This document shows, in pieces, positions 58,016 to 64,000 of a stretch of DNA of 64,000 bases. The stretch is from the human T2T-CHM13v2.0 reference genome, Homo sapiens: assembly GCF_009914755.1 (NCBI RefSeq), contig NC_060931.1. One strand, 5' to 3'. Every line of letters starts with the position of its first letter. The first letter of the stretch is position 1. A model generated the notes under the pieces. It worked only from the letters and a program-made list of their open reading frames with translations. It made no database searches and was not told where the DNA came from. A program made the translations under genes and the position numbers.

Positions 58016-58090
58016 ACGGAAGTCTATGTATTCTCTGCTTCTGTCTCACAGCAAGCTCTAATTGGCTCAGAAACAGCAGGGCGTGTTTAA
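58016..58090 (-). promoter_or_regulatory. SAMD9: SAMD9 proximal promoter: ETS, CCAAT box, GC box
   Basis: ACGGAAGT at 58016-58023; agCCAATtag on the minus strand (ATTGG 58061-58065); GGGCGTGT at about 58079-58086. No clear TATA box. Confidence 0.7.
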
Positions 58091-58120
58091 CAACTGGGAG
58101 GTTGGGGAAGGAAGAATATA

Positions 58121-58144
58121 GGTTTGGTTTCAGTTTCATTTCTC
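58121..58144 (-). promoter_or_regulatory. SAMD9: Extended ISRE/IRF-E
   Basis: Minus strand GAGAAATGAAACTGAAACCAAACC contains tandem GAAA half-sites. SAMD9 is a known interferon/IRF1-inducible gene. Confidence 0.9.
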
Positions 58145-58771
58145 AGATCTGAAATTACAGCACCGCCTTTTCTATCTGAAATGCTTTTTAATAAGCTATG
58201 GCTATATACCACCTTCTGGTCTGCTTGGTTAAAATCTGAAGGCTTAACAATTTTTCCTCACTTGAGAGTTTTGAGGGCTGCAGAAAGCCCCATTGTCTTG
58301 TTATAGACAAACTGTGGGATATTCTGGCTTAATTGATCCCTTGGGAATATGAGTTTACATTGCAGTCCCAGCCTTGTAGAGCACCAGGTTGGAGATACTC
58401 TAGGTCAATATTTCACTGGCCTTTAAGGGTGGAGTTACTGTCCATTCCTGTTTTCCTAAAGTGTAAAGAATGTCTTTCAGGGATAGGACTTCTTTGAGCA
58501 CCCCAATAAGTGCTAAATTCATTTATTGCAGAGCAGACCAGGGCTGCAGCAGACCTGATGGTCACATTGTAGAGATTTATCTTTTCTAAGGTCAGTGTCA
58601 GGGCCAGAGAGAAAACTGCCTGAGTGAGAGCAACAAAAATAGCTGATATTTTAAAAACTAACAGCAAGTACTGATATTTATTGTGTGTGCTCAATTAGCT
58701 TTTGGTTTCCACATCCCACAACTGATTCACACTGGTTTTAGATGAAAACATTTAAAAACATTTATTTTAAA

Positions 58772-58987
58772 ATATTTATTGGGCGCTTACCATGTACCAG
58801 GCATTGTTCTAAATGTTTCATATTAACTTAATTACTCTTCACAACAATCTCCTGAGGTAGAGATTATTTTTATCTCAATTTTAAAGGTGAAGAAACTGAG
58901 GCATAGAGATTAAATAATATGGCTAAAGTTTGCATAACTAATACATGGCAGAGATTCGAATCCAGGTTTCAGGCCAGTGCTCTTAAA
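58772..58987 (-). mobile_element. MIR SINE
   Basis: Core 'ggtgaagaaactgaggcatagagattaaataa...ggcagagattcgaatccagg'. Confidence 0.8.
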
Positions 58988-59129
58988 TCCTGAGGTTTAG
59001 GAAGAAAGAAAGTGGCTATGAAGGACAGCCTAGATATGACCATTACACTTATCACCCTCAGGAGCCCTCCTCGTAAGGGGACCCTGGGCCTGAACTCCAA
59101 AACCTGGGTTTCACTTTGCATGGGGACCA

Positions 59130-59221
59130 GTGTGATGGTTAATTTTATGGGTCAACTTGACCGGGCCACAGAGTGCCTAGATATTTGGTCAAACATTATT
59201 CTGGTGGTTCTGTGAGGGTGA
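59130..59221 (+). mobile_element. MLT2 LTR 5' fragment
   Basis: 'tgtgatggttaattttatgggtcaacttgac...gatatttggtcaaacattattctgg'. Confidence 0.75.
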
Positions 59222-60588
59222 GGAGGCAGGACTAGCTTGCAGCTCCTGCTGGGACAGACAGGACAGCATGTGGAGACTCACATCATGAACTTTTGCTTCA
59301 AGAATTACTGCAGCAACATACCAGGAAAGCCAAGAGAATTCACAGACCCTTTGAAGGAACTGTATCGCCACTGCAGTTTCTCTGAGATGCCAAAAAGAAA
59401 AGTCATGAGTCTGCTTGCTTTCTCAGCAGGGAGGCTGATAGCCAGGGGCAAGTTCTCAGCCCTGGTCACCGACTGCCTGGAAATAGATTCGATGTTGTTG
59501 GCAGGGGCACAGTGGGAGTGAGACTGGCCTTTAGGAGTGTGGGTTGTGTGGAAATGGGGTGAGGCCTGTGACTGCTGGCTTTTCCCCACTTCCCTGGTGT
59601 CCTATGTCACTCAGTGGAGACAGCCATAATCCCCCTGGGAACATAACTCCATTGGCCTGGGAACCACACCCCCGCCCCCTACAGCAAGTGCAGCAGACCC
59701 CACCCAATAAGAGTCTGAGCTCAGCCACACCTATGCCTGCCCCAACCTGTTGGTCTTTCTTTACCTGCCCTGGTTGCAAGACAAAGGACATATTCTGCCC
59801 ACTGCCTCAGAAACATGAATATATAACTAGATGACCCTAGGTCAAGTTTGCTTCCTCCCTATAGTACCACAGCTAATGCACTCTTGAAAATGCCACCTCC
59901 TGGCTGGAGGCCAACCAACACAAAACCAGAGCATTTAACGAAGATATAACCAAGGACCCTTACAGAGTCCACTTCACTCCCCTGCTACCTCCACTGGAGC
60001 AGGTGCTGGTATCCACAGCTGAAAGACCTGAAGATGTATTACATCACAGGACTCTTTGCCGACACTTCCCAGTACCAGTCTGGAGTCCAGTAGCTCTGCT
60101 AGATGACTAGGCCCAGAAGAGAAAAAACAATCACTGCAGTTTGGCTCCCAGGAAGCCCCATCCCTAGAGGAAGTGGGAGAACACTACATCAAGGGAGCAC
60201 CCTGTGGGACAAAAGAATCTGAATAGTAGCCCTTGAGTCCCAGATCTTCCCCCTGACACAGTCACCCAAATGAGAAGGAACCAGAAAAACAATTCTGGTA
60301 ATATGAAAAAACAAGGTTCTTGAACACCCCCAAAATACCACACCAGCTCACCAACAATATATCCAAACCAAGACAAAATCTCTGAATTGCCAGGAAAATA
60401 ATTCAGAAGGTTTATTATTAAGCTAATCAAAAAGGCACTAGAGAAAGGTGAATTCTAACTTAAAGAAATAACAAACATGATACAGGATATGAAAGGAAAA
60501 TTCCTCAGTGAAATAGATAGCATACATAAAAAACAATCACAATTTCTGGAAATGAAGAACACAATTAGAGAAATAACAAATGCACTGG
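59222..60588 (+). mobile_element. Old L1 (L1PREC2/L1PA13-16 class) 5'UTR and ORF1 start
   Basis: 5'UTR 'gaggcaggactagcttgcagctcc' and ORF1 start 'atgagaaggaaccagaaaaacaattctgg' at about 60270. Confidence 0.7.
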
Positions 60589-63500
60589 AGGTGGTTGGCA
60601 AGATGGCCAAATAGGAACAGCTTCGATCTGCAGCTCCCAGTGAGATCAATGCAAAAGGCGGGTGATTTCTGCATTTCCAACTGAGGTACCGGGCTCATCT
60701 CATTGGGACTGGTTAGACAGTGGGTGCAGCCCATGGAGGGTGAGCTGAAGCTGGGTGGGGCATCTCCTCACCCAGGAAACACAAGAGGTTGGGGAACTCC
60801 CTCCTGTAGTCAAGGGAAGCTGTGAGGGACTGTGCCATGAGGAACGGTGCATTCTGGCCCACCCACATATTACACTTTTCCCATGGTCTTCACAAGCTGC
60901 AGACTGGGAGATTCCCTTGGAGGCCTACACCACAAGGGCCCAGGGTTTCAAGCACAAAACTGGGTGGCCATTTGGGTAGACACTGAGTTAGCTGCAGGAG
61001 TTTTTTTTTTTAATACCCTAGTGGTGCCTAGAACACCAGCAAGACAGAACTGTTCACTCCCCTGAAAAGGGGGCTGAAGCCAGGGAGCCAAGTGGTCTAG
61101 CTCAGCGGATCCCACCCCCACGTGCCAGGTCTGTCCTGCAGACCCTGGCCGAGCGATGGATCTAAGGGGTACTCAGACACAGGTATGCGTGTAAGAGCAG
61201 CTAGGGATCTGCCTGGCTTTAGTGGCCGAAGTGCAGCAGCCCTGAGAAGCTGGAGCTGCTTGCTTTTATTCAGTGCAGGCACAATGTCGAAAACCTGGAG
61301 CAAACACAACCTGAAGGTTACTAACATTTATTGTTCCCCTTTCAGGAAATGTCATACACGTGGATGATCAAAGGTCAGTTCCTTGTCAATATAAGTAAAG
61401 GAACCTGTTTAAGATAAATTCCCCTATACTCACTTGTACCTACTCCTTGCCCTCTGCCTCAGGGATATAGAACAGCTGCCTTCAGCTATTCTCCCCTGGA
61501 GCTTTGCAGAACCTTCTGACCTTTCAGAAGTTCTGCTCCTTTCCCTATTGTTTCTCCCACCACTCTGACTGATCTCCTACACCCATGGAACCCAGCAAGC
61601 CAAGATCCACTGGCTTGAAATTCTCGCTGCAAGCACAGCAATCTGAAATTGACCTGTGATGCTAGAGCTTGGTAGGGAGAGTGGTGTCTGCCATTACTGA
61701 GGCTTGAGTAGGCTGTTTTCCCCTCACAGTGTAAACAAAGCCACCAGGAAGTTCAAATTGGATGGAGCCCACCGCAGCTCGACAAAGCTGCTGTAGCCAC
61801 ACTGCCTCTCTAGATTTCTCCTTTCTGGGCAGGGCATCTCTGAAAGAAAGATAGCAGCCCCAGTCAGGGTCTTATAGATAAAACTCCCATCTCCCTGGGA
61901 CAGAGCACCTGGGGGAAAGGGTGGCTGGGGCACAGCTTCAGCAGACTTAAGCGTTCCTGCCTGCCATCTCTGAAGAGAGGAGCAGATCTCCCAGAACAGC
62001 GCTAGAACTCTATTAAGGGACAGACTGCAGACTACCTCCTCAAGTGGGTCCCTGACCCCTGTGCCTCCTGACTGGGAGACACCTCCCAGCAGTGGTTGAC
62101 AGATACCTCATACAGGAGAGCTCCAGCTGGCATCTGGCAGGTGCCCCTCTGGGACAAAGCTTCCAGAGGAAGGAGAAGGCAGCAATCTTTGCTGTTCTGT
62201 AGCCTCCACTGGTGATATCTAGGCAAACATGGTCTGGAGTGGACCTTCAGCAAATTCCAGCAGACCTACAGCAGAGGGGCTTGACTGTCAGAAGGAAAAC
62301 TAACAAACAGATAGGAATAGCATCAACATCAACAAAAAGGACGTCAACACAAAAACCCCATCCGAAGGTCACCAATGTCAAAGACCAAAGGTAGATAAAT
62401 CCATGAAGATGGGGAGAAACCAGTACAAAAATGCTGAAAATTCCAAAAACCAGAATGCCTCTTCTACTCCAAAGGATCACAAGTCCTCAACAGCAAGGGA
62501 AGAAGATGACAGGGAGAATGAGTTTGATGAATTGACAGAAGTAGGTTTCAGAAGGTGGCTAATAACAAACTCCTCTGAGCTAAAGGGGCATGTTCTAACC
62601 CAGTGCAAGGAAGCCAAGAACCTTGAAAAAAGATTAGAGGAATGGCTAACTAGAATAAGCAGTGTAGAGAAGAACACAAATGACCTGATGGAACTGAAAA
62701 ACAGACCATGAGAACTTCGTGAAGCACACACAAGTATCAATAGCTGAATCAATCCAGTGGAAGAAGGGATATCACAGATTGAAGATCAACTTAATGAAAT
62801 AAAGCATGAAGACAAGATTAGAGAAAAAAGAATGAAAAGGAAGGAACAAAGCCTCCAAGAAATATGGGATTATGTGAAAACACCAAAATCTACATTTTAT
62901 TGGTGTACCTAAAAGTGACAGGGAGAATGGAACCAAGTTGGAAAACACTCTTCAGGATATTATCTGAACCTTCCCAAACTAGCAAGACAGGCCAACATTC
63001 AAATTCAGGAAATACAGAGAACATCACAAAGATACTCCTTGAAAAGAGCAACCCCAAGACACATACATCAGATTCACCAAGGTTGAAATGAAGGAAAAAA
63101 TGTTAAGGGCAGCCAGAGAGAAAGGTCAGGTTACCCACAAAGAGAAGCCAATTAGACTAAAAGCAGAACTCTCTGCAGAATTCCTACAAGCCAGAAGAGA
63201 GTGGGGGCCAATATTCAACATTCTTAAAGAAAAGAATTTTCAACCCAGAATTTCATATCCAGCCAAACTAAGCTTCATAAGTGAAGGAGAAATACAATCC
63301 TTTACATAAAAGCAAATGCTGAGAGATTTTGTCAACACCAGGCCTGCTTTACAAGAGTTCCTGAAGGAAGCACTAAATATGGAAAGGAAAAACTGGCACC
63401 AGTCATTGCAAAAACATACCAAATTGTAAAGACCGTTGACAGTAAGAAGAAACTGTATCAACTAAAAGGCAAAATAACCATCTAGCATTATAATGACAGT

Positions 63501-64000
63501 ATCAAAATTATACATAACAATATTAGCCTTAAATGTAAATGGACTAAAAGCCCCAATTAGAAGACACAGACTGGCAAATTGGATAAAGAGTCAAGACATA
63601 TAGGTGTGCTGTATTCAGGAGACCCATCTCACATGCAAAGACCCACATAGGCTCAAAATAAAGGATCGGAGGAATATTTACCAAGCAAATGGAAAGAAAA
63701 AAAAAAGCACATGTTGCAATCCCAGTCTCTGATAAAACAACTTTAAACCAACAAAGATCAAAAAAGACAAAGACGGACATTACGTAATGGTAAAGGGATC
63801 AAATGCAACAAGAAGAGCTAACTATCCTAACTATATATGCACCCAATACAGGAGCACTAAAATTCATAAAGCAAGTTTTTAGAGACCTACAAAGAGACTT
63901 AGACTCCCACACAATAATAATGGGTGACTTAAACACCCCATTCTCAATATTAGACAGATCAATGAATCAGAAAATTAACAAGGAAATTCAGGGCTTGAAC
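60589..64000 (+). mobile_element. L1PA7-like element (5'UTR, ORF1, ORF2 start), runs off the window
   Basis: Start ggttggcaagatggccaaatagg, ORF1 remnants 62403-63309 and ORF2 ATG at about 63493. Confidence 0.9.
61123..61581 (-). mobile_element. Solo LTR22-like (HERV-K HML-5) LTR inserted in the L1 5'UTR
   Basis: 459 bp with TG...CA termini. Minus strand starts tgtaggagatcagtcagagtggtgggagaaac. 6-bp TSD cccacg (61117-61122) / cccatg (61582-61587). Confidence 0.8.

Overview
Primate (human-like) genomic DNA containing the whole SAMD9 gene on the minus strand. The gene has an ISRE/CCAAT/GC-box promoter at about 58.0-58.15 kb, non-coding exon 1 (donor at 57885), a 101-nt candidate exon 2 (54817-54917) and one large terminal exon carrying the entire 1589-aa CDS (41351-46120). 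The likely poly(A) signal is at 39553-39558. Nearly everything else is interspersed repeat: nested LINE-1s of several ages (L1M/L1MA, L1PB, L1PA), Alus, LTRs (LTR16-, LTR33-, MST-, MLT2- and LTR22-like), MER20, MER58A and MIR. All other ORFs in the track are L1 or Alu remnants or spurious. The main unexplained observations are: (1) two full-length, inverted L1PA copies of different subfamilies bracket the SAMD9 coding exon and share at least 9 non-consensus substitutions, suggesting ectopic gene conversion and a latent inversion; (2) about 200 nt of CpG-rich non-L1 sequence lies inside the target-site duplications (TSDs) of the intronic L1, a candidate 5' transduction; (3) the antisense promoter of that L1 points at the coding exon; (4) both 5'UTR exons carry uORFs; (5) exon 2 and the poly(A) signal appear to be L1-derived. 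Repeat subfamily names and boundaries were assigned by eye and are approximate.
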